From contig OZ360219.1 of NCBI GenBank assembly GCA_977017645.1, positions 259,222,001 through 259,286,000 of the forward strand: 64,000 nt of DNA, written 5' to 3'. Below the pieces are notes generated by a model. It was given only the letters and a program-made list of their open reading frames with translations, was not told the origin of the DNA and searched no databases. A program made the position numbers and the translations under genes. Source of the DNA: Torpedo marmorata. Taxonomy: Eukaryota. Within the stretch, counting starts at the first letter, position 1. The number at the start of each line of letters is the position of its first letter. Positions 51,707 to 63,190 of this stretch are shown here, in pieces.

Positions 51707-53809
51707 AGAAAATTCCACCCACCCACCCTGCAGGGCAAAGACAACTCAACGTTATGGAAGACCACTCTGCAGGACAAAGTCCACTTCAACACAACAGGCA
51801 GCTGCGATTCCCCTCACGGATTTTCATGGTCTTCCAGCCATCACCATCCGCTCGTTTTAGCTGCAGGAGCTGTTGTCATGAATTATGCAGAGAACTTTCA
51901 CCAGACAGGCAAGAGTTGTTGCCATGGACACGTTCTCACAGGACATTCCAGCTGAACAATGGCCACATCTTTTGTCAATCACCTTTCAATTACAGCCTTT
52001 GTAATGGACCTTTTTAATTGCACCCTGAGTTGTAGTATTTACTCTTTACTAATGTCTCTCAGCACACTCAGGAAATTGTAGTTTCAGCTTTTAATTACAA
52101 TGTTACAGATCATCCACTAGCAGGAAATATTGTATATATTTTGTAACCACTTGGTAATGACAGCGTTCCTCCAGTCCTCCCCAATAATAGAAACTAATTC
52201 CTCATGGGGTGGGTGTTTCAAGAGCTTTTATTTAAAAACTACTAATTTGGCCAACTCTCAGTCGTGACTCAGAAAACTTGCAGCACAATTCAGGCCCTTC
52301 GGCCCACAAAGTTGTGCCGAACATGTTCCTACCTTAGAAATTACTAGGTTTTCCCATAGCCCTCTATTTTTCTAAGCTCCACGTACCTATCCAAAAGTAT
52401 CTTAAAGGACCCTAACGTTTCCGCCGCCACTACCGTTGCCGGCAGCCCATTCCACGCACCCACTACTCTCTGCATAAACAAATTACCCCTGACATCTCCT
52501 CTGTACCTACTCCCCAGCACCTTAAACCCGTGTCCTCTTGTGGCAACCATTTCAACCCTGGGAAAAAGCCTTTGACTATTTACACGATCAATGACTCTCA
52601 TCAACTTAAACACCTCTATCAGGTCACCTCTCATCCTCTGCCGCTCCAAGGAGAAAAGGCTGAGTTCTCTCAACCTGTTTTCATGAGGCATGCTCCCTAA
52701 ATCTCCTCTGCACCCTTTCTATGGCTTCCACATCCTTCCGGTAGTGAGGTGACCAGAACTGCGCACAGTACTCCAAGTGGGGTCTGACCAGGGTCCTATA
52801 TAGCTGCAACATTACCTCTCGGCTCCTAAATTAAATTCCACAATTAATAAATACACCGTATGCCTTATTAACCACAGAATCAACCTATGGACTCGGACCC
52901 CAAGATCCCTCTGATCCTCCACACTGCCAATAGTCTTACCATTAATACTATATTCTGCCATCATATTTGACCTACCAAAATGAACCACTTCACACTTATC
53001 TGGGTTGAACTCCATCTGTCACTTCTCAGCCCAGTTTTGTATCCTATCAATGTCCTGCTGTAACCTCTGACAGCCCTCCACACTATCCACAACACCCCTA
53101 ACCTTTGTGTCATCAACAAACTTACTAACCCATCCCTCCACTTCCTCATCCAGGTCATTTATAAAAATCACAAAGAGTAAGGGTCTCAGAACAGATCCCT
53201 GAGGAACACCACTGGTCACCGACCTCCATGCAGAATATGACCCGTCTACAACCACGCTTTGCCTTCTGTGGGCAAGCAAATTCCGGATCCACAAAGCAAT
53301 GTCCCCTTGGATCCCATACCTCATTACTTCCTCAATAGGCCTTGTCAAATGCCTTGCTGAAATCCATATACACGACATCTACTGCTCTTCCTTTATCAAT
53401 GTGTTTAGTCACATCCTCAAAAAATTCAATCAGGCTCGTAAGGCACAACCTGCCCTTGACAAAGCCATGTTGACTATTCCTAATCATATTATACCTCTCC
53501 AAATGTTCATAAATCCTGCCTCTCAGGATCTTCTCCATCAACTTACCAACCACTGAAGTAAGACTCACTGGTCTATAATTTCCTGGGCCATCTCTACTCC
53601 CTTTCTTGAATAAAGGAACAACATCCGCAACCCTCCAATCCTCCGATACCTCTCCCGTCCCAATTGATGATTCAAAGATCATCGCCAGAGGTTCAGCAAT
53701 CTCTTCCCTTGCCTCCCACAGTAGCCTGGGGTACATCTCATCAGGTCCCGGTGACATATCCAACTTGACGGTTTCCAAAAGCTCCAGCACATCCTTTCTC
53801 TTAATATCT

Positions 53810-54082
53810 AAATTTTTTAAAAAAATTAAATTTAGACATACAGCACGGTAACAGGCCATTTCGGCCCATGAGCCCGTACCGCCCAATTTACACCCCATTA
53901 ACCTACACCCCCGGTACATTTTGAACGGTGGGAGGAAACTGGAACCCCTGGAGAAAACCCACGCAGACACGGGGAGAAAATACAAACTCCTTACAGAGAG
54001 CGCGAGAATCGAACCCCGGTCCGCAACAGATTGCTGGCGCTGTAAAGGCATTGTGCTAACCGCTACGCCAACCGTGCCGCCC
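53810..54082 (-). mobile_element. HE1-like SINE inserted in CR1 ORF2
   Basis: Full-length copy; CR1 sequence resumes on both sides. Confidence 0.88.
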
Positions 54083-54828
54083 TATGCTCAAGCTTTTCCA
54101 TCTGCTGCAAGTCATCACTACAATTACCAAGATCCTTTTCCATAGTCAATACTGAAGAATTCATTAAGTATCTCTGCTATTTCCTCCGGTTCCATACACA
54201 CTTTCCCACTGTCACACTTGATAGGTCCTATTCTTTCACATCTTATCCTCTTGCTCTTCACATACTTGTAGAATGCCTTGGGGTTTTCCTTAATCCTGCC
54301 CACCAAGGCCTTCTCATGGCCCCTTCTGGCTCTCCTAATTTCCTTTTTAAGCTCCTTCCTGTTAGCCTTATAATCTTCTCGATCTCTAACATTTCCTAGC
54401 TCTCTGAACCTTTTCTAAGCTTTTCTTTTCTTCTTGACTAGATTTTTTACAGCCTTTGTACACCACAGTTCCTGTACCCGACCATAACTTCCCTGTCTCA
54501 TTGGAACGTACCTATGAAAAACTTCACACAAATATCCCCTGAACATTTGCCACATTTCTTCAGTACTTTTCCCTGAGAACATCTGTTCCCAATTTAAGCT
54601 TCCAATTTCCTGCCTGATAGCCTCATAATTCCCCTTACTCCAATTAAACTTTTTTATAACTTTTCTGTTCCTATCTCTCTCCAATGCTATTGTAAAGGAG
54701 ATAGAATTATGATCACTATCTCCAAAATTCTCTCCCACTGCGAGATCTGACACCTGACCAGGTTCATTTCCCAATACCAAATCAAGAACAAACTCCCCTC
54801 TTGTAGGCTTATCTACATATTGTGTCAA

Positions 54829-55340
54829 GTATTCCATTGGAAAAAATAACATATAATATGAGAAATAAATATGGGGTCTTCTTGCAAATTTGACGTCCAC
54901 ATATCTAATCATTAGGTATGAATATGTAAATGTGTTGCTCTACATCCTAGACTGTGTTGACTCTCTCAAATTTAAATAATAAAAATACTGTTGAATACCA
55001 TGCGTCGAGCTGTGGACCCAGCGGCGATCCGTACAGATGTTTTACTAAGTAATACTACACTACCTTCTTTTCTTTTCTTTTTTAGTTTTTAGTAAGGGGA
55101 GGGAATTTAAAGGGAGGGAAAGGGTGGAGGGTGGGACAGAAATATTAAATATTAAGTAATAATTTTAACTTGAAGTGTTTGGAAGGTATAAGGGGTTGGA
55201 AGGGTTAAGGGAAGGGATAGATACACTATGTAATACAAATATAATTATGTTTTTTTACTGAAATTAATAATGTATATTATTTATGTATGTATTACTGTGT
55301 GAAATTTTAAAATTTTAAATAAAATATTCAAAAAAAAAAG
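54829..55340 (+). mobile_element. L1/Tx1-type 3' end inserted in CR1
   Basis: IPLEKITYNMRNKYGVFLQI, G-rich 3'UTR and poly(A); CR1 resumes at 55341. Confidence 0.78.
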
Positions 55341-55381
55341 AAATCTTCCTGAACACACCTAACAAACTCCACCCCATCTAA

Positions 55382-55800
55382 AAGTAAAACACGAAAATCT
55401 GTGGACATTGGAGAGACCGGTCGTAGATTGGGAGGCATCCGGTGCTCCCTTTGTGGCTTTCTCTACATTGGAGAGACCGGTCGTAGATTGGGAGACCGCT
55501 TTGCTGAGCACCTCCTCTCTGTCCGCAACAACAGCAACCTCCCAGTAGCCAACCATTTCAATTCCGGGTCACACTCCCACACTCACATGTCTGTCCATGG
55601 CCTTATGTACTATCCCACCCAGACTACCCGCAAATTGGAGGAACAACATCTCATTTTTCGTCTCGGCACTCTCCAGCCAGATGGCATTAACATTGACTTT
55701 TCTGCTTTCCATAAAAGACACTGTTTGACCTGCTGAGTTTCTCCAGCATTTGTGTTTTTTACTTCAACCACGGTGTCTACAGATTTTCGTGTTTTACTTT
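55382..55800 (+). mobile_element. Penelope-like fragment with inverted termini
   Basis: CSLCGFLYIGETGRRLGDRFAEHL..LGTLQPDGINIDF (GIY-YIG); the ends are inverted copies of each other. Confidence 0.88.
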
Positions 55801-57254
55801 TCATTCTATTCCTACATTCACTGTCTCTTGACACAGGGAGTAATCCAGAGATTATTACCTTTGCGGTCCTGCTCAACTCCCTTCCTAACGCCCTATAATG
55901 TTTTTTCAGGACCTCTTCCCTTTTCCTACCTGTATCATTAGTACCAATATGTACCACGACCTCTGGCTGTTCTCCCTCCCACTGCAGGATATCTTGGACG
56001 CGATCTGAAACATCCCGGAAACTGGCACATGGGAGGCAAACCACCATCTGAGTTTCCTTCCTGCGTCCACAGAATCGCCTGTCTGACCTCCTAATTATAG
56101 AGTCCCCTATCACTACCGCCCTCCTCTTCCTTTCCCTACCATTCTGAGCCACAGGGCCGGACTCTGTGCCAGAGGCACTGCCACTGTTGCTTCCCCCAGG
56201 TAGGCTGTCCCCCCCAACAGTACTCAAACAGGAGTACTTATTGTCAAGGGGAACAGCCACAGGGGTACTCTCTAGTACCTGACTCTTCCCCTTCCCCCTC
56301 CTGACTGTTACCCACTTGTCTGTCTCCCGTGGCCCCGGTGTGACCACCTGCCTATAATTCCTCTCTATCACCTCCTCACTCTCCCTGACCAGACAAAGGT
56401 CATTGAGCTGCAATTCCAGTTCCCTAATGCGGTCCCTTAGGAGCTGCAGCTCTACACACTGGGTGCAGACATGGCCGTCCGGGAGGCTGGGACACTCCAG
56501 GACCTCCCACATCTGACACCCAGCGCAGAACACCGGCCTCACACTCATACTTACAGTCCCCAAATTAACTCCTCCTGGCTAACGTTACAGAGAACCAGCA
56601 CAAGAATATGTGGCACCCATTTAAAGGGAACGCGAGCAGGAACTGCATCCTGGTGTCCGATGACAGCGCAGAAAAATGGGGTGTTCCCACGAGAATACGG
56701 GTACACCCTGGATGCATGCCTGCCGGCCTGTCCCCTGCCTCACTGCGGGATAGCACGGTGACGGGCATCTGGGCTCTGTGCCGAGGAAGCGCCCAAATGT
56801 GAAGCCAAGGTGCGGGATGCGCGAGCTAAGAGAGGGCTTTGGCACCTTATGGATGACCTTGCACTGCCTGCTTGCAGACATTGGTGGTAAAGGTGCACAC
56901 ATATGCCAGCTAAGCTGGAGAAATCAGGCATGCTAGTCAGTGAACAGACACTTTTCTTTCTCTTCCCACCCCTCCCACACTGGGGAGCAGTTCCCACAGC
57001 ACCCTGCTCCATCGGGAACACAACGACCCTGTTTGGTCGGGGGGGGGCAGCTGGTGAGGCGTTGTCATTGAGTTTGATAATGTGCCTTGTCAATCATACG
57101 GAAGGCAAGTGAGCATATATCAATCCACTGGATTTGCTTAATTTTAGACATGTTTTTACAGTTATAACATGTTACTTAGATTTTACAGTTTAGAAACCAG
57201 TTATTCATTGTGTTTGTAGTGATTGGCGATTGATGTGACTTCCGAGGGGTGGAA

Positions 57255-57931
57255 TGTTATATGTGGATTTTGGAGGAAGACGTGGCTTCTCTGTCTGGAA
57301 CATTGTGGATTGCGGAGGGTCATGTGTCCTCCCTGTCTGAAACTTATTCGGAAGTCGCATCACCTGCCAATAAAGGTTGGACTCCGGCCACCCATTAGTG
57401 CACACCTTACTACTGGCTCATTTAAATGACTCAGTGTCATCATTAGCCAGATGCCCAGCTCGGAACAGTATAAAACATTGATGCATAGCACATTTCTCTC
57501 TCTCTGCCTCGTGGTCCAAGCCCTGGACATTGCTCCACGCCAGGTCGCTACTCTGGTCATCGCTGGAGGAGTCACAGGTAAGGTGTGCACCACACTTAAG
57601 TTGAGCCGTAGTACTGCGATAGATCAGTACTTGCAGAGAGCCGCACCCCCGTTGGTACAGGGAATCGGGATTGTGTTTGAAAGTCCCTATCTGTGAAGAG
57701 TGTACACGTGCGTGAGCGAGTAGAAGATAGGCGGCCACTGGTATCAGAGTCCAACCTAGGTCTGATGTGAATGTCTATATAGTTGCTTAGTAGTAGAGTA
57801 ATAAAGTATCATTTGACATCTTCCACTGTATGTCTCCCGTGTGTTCAATAAAGTTACCTTTGATTGTAACACTTGTGTCCAGACTCATCTCTCTGTGAAC
57901 CCACCAAACCTGATACGTTCCAAACACAACA
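57255..57931 (+). repeat. ERV 3' LTR
   Basis: TG...CA ends; diverged copy of the 5' LTR, roughly 1 in 10 differences by eye over the first 150 nt. Confidence 0.92.
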
Positions 57932-58489
57932 ATTGGTGAGGCCAAATTTGGAATATTCTGTGATGTTTGGTCATCTAACTTCAGGAAAGATAGCAATAAG
58001 ATAGAAAGAGTGCAGAGAAGATTTACTAGGATGTTGCCCAGACTTCAGGAACTGAGTTACAGGGAAAAGTTAAACAGGTTAGGTCTTTATTCCCTGGAGC
58101 GTAGAAGAATGAGGGGAGATTTGATAGAGGTATTTAAAATCATGAGGGGGACAGACAGAGTAAATGTAGATAGGCTTTTTCCACTGAGGGTAGGTGAGAT
58201 AAAAACTAGAGGACATGGGTTAAGGGTGAAAGGGGAAATGTTTAGGGGGAACATGAGGTGGAACGTCTTCACATAGAGAGTGGTGGGAGTGTGTAATGAA
58301 TTGCTAGCTGGTGGTGAATGCGGGCTCAATTTTTTAACATTTTAGACAGGTTCATGGATGGGAGAGGTATGGAGGACTATGGACTGGGTGCAGGTCAGTG
58401 GGACTAGGCAAAGAAAATGGTTTGGCACAGACTAGAAGGGCCGAAGGGGCCTGTTTCTGTGCTGTAATGTTCTATGGTTCTATAGAGTG

Positions 58490-58772
58490 CCACTGGTAAT
58501 TAACCATACAAGCTGATTTGGAGTCAAATATACAGGTAGGACAGATTTGGTATGGAAGACAGATTTCCTTCTCTGAAGGACATTAGCAAACTAGATAGGT
58601 TTTTAATGACAATCCAGTTATTAACCATTACTAAAAACAGCTTTTCATTCCAAATGTATTTAATTATTTGTTTCCCTTCCTGCCTGGATAAAATTTGAAT
58701 GCAAATCTCTGGATCAATAATTTAGAGCTCTGGATTCTTGTCTTGCAATTGAAAAAGTATGCCACCATTGCC
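58490..58772 (-). mobile_element. Ancient tRNA-derived SINE, SacSINE1/DeuSINE-like
   Basis: Degenerate resemblance (ctaatgtccttcagagaaggaaatctg) to a common shark SINE, recalled from memory. Confidence 0.4.
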
Positions 58773-59415
58773 CTTTATTTTGATAGATTTCTATCCATCT
58801 GAGATGTAATGACTGTCTAGATTCTTCCCATTCTGTCATTTGTTTTGATGATATTTTATCTTTGCGGGTTCAATTAATGATATGGACCAAATGCAGGCAA
58901 ATAAAACTAGCCTAGAATGCAAACATGTTGTGCCAAAGGGCCTGTTCTCTGCTGCATGATGCCTTGACTCTAAAGAAATGAATTGAATATTGCTGTTCAC
59001 TAAGATGTTATCATATCACTGTTATAACTGATCCTCAGGCTGCTGAAGTAAATAAAGTTCAGAAAATTTCAGAAGTGGAGTTTAACATGCATGTTACATC
59101 ATGTGGTTACACATTTGACAGAAGACTAGCTTCTACTGCTTGATCTGTCCTTAAACAATGTTAATGTTACAAAATGAATTTAGAGCACAAAGGATGAGTT
59201 GTATGTAATTCTGTAGTACACATTCACAACACCTTGGGTGTATTTGCAGAAATGTACAACTCCTAATTTTGTATTTGTGATTTTTCTGCTTAAACCATTC
59301 ACCATAAAGGACAAATGGCCTGGATAGATTTGGTGCTCTTTTTTCCTGAAATTCTGCACCTAGGGTACCTAAGGAAGGCACACAGTTAAATCTAGGACAA
59401 TAAAGTGAAATTATA

Positions 59416-59680
59416 GGGGTGGTACGGTTGGCATAGCGGTTAGCGCAACACCTTTACAGCGCCAGTGATCAGGACCGGACCTGGGTTCGAATCCCGCGCT
59501 GTCTGTAAGGAGTTTGTATGTTCTCCCCGTATCTGCGTGGGTTTTCTCTGGGGGCTCTGGTTTCCTCCCACCGTTCAAAAACGTACCGGGGGTGTAGGTT
59601 AATTGGGGGTAAATTGGGCGGCACGGACACGTGAGCCGAAATGGCACGTTACCGTGCTGTATGTCTAAATAAATAAAAAA
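59416..59680 (+). mobile_element. HE1-like SINE, full length
   Basis: A box tggcatagcgg, B box gggttcgaatccc, V-core and CR1-like tail. Confidence 0.9.
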
Positions 59681-61014
59681 AGGGTAATAACTGCTCCCAA
59701 GCAACAACAGAGGGATAATGAAATCATGAGAGCCTGACAGGTGAGAGGCTGTACATAATGCTAGTGCCACCAAAGAAGGGTGAGAAATAAAATATCAAAA
59801 TCACAAAATTGTGTCATGTTTTTATATATCTGATTCTGTTTTGGAAATACACGGTGGTCTTCAGCAATCTTAGCAAAGCCAAGTAAAGCCTTGTTACTAA
59901 AGGGTTTTTTTTTAATAAATGTGGAATGAATGATAAGCTTTGGTCCATTTGCCTCAGGGCTCGACTTTCTTGGCACTTCATAAAAATCCATCCTAAGTGT
60001 GCAGCCAATCTAATGTTGAAGCTAGAAAAGCAATACTGCTTCAGAGTTCATTTGCAGACACTTTTTCTTTCACATCACCACAGCTTATATATTCTGCCCT
60101 AACGGTGTTAGTGTGCTTTCAGTAGGAAGCCTCAAACACATCAGACTCTAGATAGAAAGTCTTCCTTACTTCCAAGGGTCCTGTTACCCCTCCAATTAAT
60201 TAAAGTTACATAATTCAAAGAGATTTAAAAATAACAAATGACCCCAAATAGTTAGACTTTGTCGATAAATATGAAATTGCTCTTAATTTGGCATTAAAAC
60301 ATAAGAGTCGGTCTTAATCCTGCCATGCCATTCCTATGGTTAACTTCCTAAAATATCTTTCATTGTATTGCCACAAGCAAGAATTGTAACTTGCAATTCT
60401 GAGCAAAAATCAAAATCTTCAAACCACATTGCCAGATTCGCACATTTGTTCTCCAGTCCTGCTCTTATAAATGGTCAGAGCTGCTGGTGTCCAAGTAGAG
60501 GCAAGAGGAAGAGAAGACAGGTCCAGAAGTGACCCATCAATCAACAAGAATAAGTAAACCTAAGTCAACATGAGTGGGGTAGAGTTAGCAGGATAGTGGG
60601 ATTATATTGACAAAAAAAAATGTGAAACCCAACGCCCAGATGCATCAAACAATGGTGTTTTGTCTGTTTCTCAGTTCTGCAAAAAGGTCTGCAACCTGGA
60701 AAATTAATCCATTTCTCCATCCAGAGATACCGCCTGACTTGATGAATGTTTCCAGTATTTTCATTTTTTATTGATAGCAAATTATGATGTATTTGCAGTA
60801 GATGTAGCTTAGAGAGACACATGTCAGGCATTTGAATATGTTAATGCAGTAGGTACTAAAGATACTCAGTGCTCAGAATATTTGACAGGTGATGGCAGAT
60901 CAAATATCTTTGTAAGTTCATAGTACTTCTCGTGAGCTAGGCGAAACAGCACAGGATTACAGTCAGCACAGAAATAGGGCCTTTGGAGCAAAATGTCCAC
61001 ATTGAAGATCAAGT

Positions 61015-61855
61015 ACCTAACTATAGAATCATATATGAACATGTCACAAAATTCATTGTTTTGCAGGAGCATTACAAGAGCAAAATTGCTATAAATTACA
61101 ATTAAAAAATAAATAAATTAGTGCAAAAGAAGAGAAAGTGATGTAGTGTCTGTGAGTCATTGTCCATTCAGAAATCTGATGGCAAAGGGGAAGAAGCTGT
61201 TTCTGTATTGTTGGTGTTCATCTTCAGGCTTCTGTACCTCCTTCCTGATGGTAGCAGTGAGAAGAGGGAATGGCCTGGGTAGTGAGTGTCCTTGAGAATA
61301 GAGGCTGCTTTCTTGCGACACTGCTTCTTGTAGATGTCCTTAATGGAGCGAAGGCTAGTGCCTATGATGGCGCTGGCTGAATTTTTGAACTCTCTGTAGT
61401 ATTTTTCTGTCCTGTGCATTGTCACCTCCATACCAGACAGAGATGTAACCAGTCAGAATGCTCTCCACGGTACACCTGTAGAAATCTGCAAGAGTTTTAC
61501 CAAACCCAAATGTTCTCAAACTCCTCACGAAATATAGCCACTGGCAAGTCTTCATTGTGATTGCATCAACATGGAGGTCCCAGGATAGACCTTCAGAAAT
61601 GTTGACACCCAGGAATTTGAAGTTCTTAACCCTTTCCACTGCTGACCCCTCGATGAGGACTGGTTTGTGTTCTCCTGATTTTCCCCTCCTGAAGTCCACA
61701 AGTCATTCCTTGGTTTGCTAACATTGAGAGCAAGGTTGTTGTTGTGACACCATTCAACTAGCTGATATATCTCCCTCTTGTACACTTCCTCATTGCCGTC
61801 TGTGATTCTGCTTATGACCGTGGTGTTATTGGCAAATTTGTAGATGCACTTGAAT
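61015..61855 (-). mobile_element. Rex1/Babar LINE 3' fragment
   Basis: IYKFANNTT, FKFLGVNISE, CTVESILTG and [10 protein letters not shown]. Confidence 0.88.
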
Positions 61856-62079
61856 ATACAAATCCAATTTACCAAACTAATTGGTCCGTAGCATTCTTTC
61901 CTTAGCAGCTTGAATATTATGAAAGTACTTCCTCCATCACCCACTCAGGAAGTGCATTCAAGATTCCAGCCACCCTCTGGGTGAAAAGGTTCATCCTCCG
62001 ATCTCTATTGAATCTCTCCCACTTTTTCAAAATCTATGTCCCCAAATTCAGACACCTCTGATGCAGAAATGTTTCCCTC

Positions 62080-63190
62080 GAGCCTTGATCAGCAAACTCC
62101 AAGACCTGGGAGTTAACACCCCACTGTGTAATTGGATCATGGATATCCTCACCTCCAGACCACAATCAGTAAGAACTTCTCCTCCACAATCTCAATCAGT
62201 ACCGGAGCACCACACGGCTGTGTTCTTAGCCCCCTGCACTACTCACTTTACACCGACGACTGTGTGGCTCGGTATGACAATAACACCATCTACAAATTTG
62301 CCGACGATACCACAGTAGTGGGTTGTATAAAGGAAGGGGTTGAGTCAGCATACAGGATGGAGATTGAAAACCTGGCTGAATAGTGCACCAACAACAATGT
62401 AACCAAAACTAAGGAGCTGATTGTTAACTTCAGGAAAGGAAAGCCAGAGGGGATCATTGGGGGATCAGAGGTGGAGAGGGTGAGAAAATTTAAGTTCTTG
62501 GGAATCACTATCTCGGAGGATCGTTCCTGGACCCAACACACCAATGGCATCATGAAGAAAGCACGTCAGCGCCTCTACTTCCTCAGGAGTTTGCGGAGGT
62601 TTGGTATGACATCAGAAACCCTGGTAAATTTCTATAGAGGTGTAGTGGAAAGTGTGCTGACCGGCTGCATCATGGTCTGGTATGGAAACACCAATACCCC
62701 TGAGCATAAAGCTTTCCAAAAGGTAGTGGACACAGCCCAGGACATCACAGGCAAAACCCTCCCCAGTTTTGAGTACATCTACAGGGAACGTTGCTGTCGG
62801 AGACCAGCAGCAATCATCAAAGACCCTCACCACCCAGCACACGCTCTGTTCTCGCTGCTGCCATCAGGAAAGAGGTATAGGTGCCACAAGACTCACACCA
62901 CCAGGTTCAGGAACAGCTGCTAACCCTCCACCATCAGACTCCTCAACGACAAACTCAATCAGAGACACATTTAAGGACACTTACTCGTGCACTTTATTGA
63001 TTTCTTTTTGTTCTCTCTGTATTGCACAATTTGTTTACAGTTCTTTGTTTGTTTACATGTTTTACGCTGTGTACAGTTTATTTTTTGCACTACCAATTAG
63101 TAGTAATTCTGCCGCGCCCGCAGGAAAAAGGAATCTCAGGGTTGCATGTGATGTCATGTATGTACTCTGACAATAAATCTGAAATCTGAA
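62080..63190 (+). mobile_element. Rex1/Babar LINE 3' fragment
   Basis: GCVLSPL, YKFADDT and KKARQRLYFLR; tail aataaatctgaaatctgaaa. Confidence 0.9.

Larger units (their letters stand above)
52270..56550 (-). mobile_element. CR1 LINE inserted in the ERV 3' gene, itself interrupted by SINE, L1 and Penelope pieces
   Basis: ORF1 55800-56549 (CAGCQMW, VIGDSII, HIGTND); ORF2 pieces 52344-54829 (SDHNSI, YRPVSLTS, GVPQGS); 3'UTR at about 52275. Confidence 0.93.
51754..57112 (+). pseudogene. Decayed DEG/ENaC/ASIC-like channel gene in the env position (pieces about 51754-52270 and 56547-57112)
   Basis: Motifs in channel order across frameshifts: TDFHGLPAI; LVLAAGAVVMNYAENF; WP..IFCQSPFNYS; MGWVFQELLFKN; SPN.LLLANVTE..MWHPF..NC; YGYTLDACLPAC; LPACRHW; SIGNTTTLF; GGS..GVVIEF. 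Confidence 0.6.
46017..57931 (+). mobile_element. Class III (ERV-S/ERV-L-like) endogenous retrovirus, decayed provirus
   Basis: LTRs 46017-~46671 and 57255-57931; 5-bp TSD ATTGG (46012-46016, 57932-57936); tRNA-Ser-like PBS; PPT gaggggtggaa; class III gag and pol motifs. Confidence 0.93.
43815..58482 (+). mobile_element. CR1 3' fragment split into three pieces (43815-43914, 45836-46016, 57932-58482) by a hAT-like and an ERV insertion
   Basis: The pieces join into continuous ORF2: MEFNADKCEVLHFG..YTVN / RALRSVEEQRDLG..KLYMTL / VRPNLE..QRRFTRMLP, ending in a (ttctatgg) tail. Confidence 0.88.

Noticed and set aside
51480-51710. ERV-L-type dUTPase after integrase
   Set aside because: No dUTPase motifs and too little space; the segment reads as the integrase C-terminus.
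51703-57240. Conventional retroviral env
   Set aside because: Position and glycosylation sequons fit, but I saw no furin site, fusion peptide, ISD or CX6CC motif. The motif order fits DEG/ENaC better. Not fully excluded, because part of the region is deleted.
59416-59500. tRNA gene (A and B boxes)
   Set aside because: It is the head of a multi-copy SINE, followed by the V-core and a LINE tail.
59761-61072. Short minus-strand ORFs (DFYEVPRK..., RPYFCADCNP...) as exons
   Set aside because: No consistent splice-site pairs and no recognisable protein.
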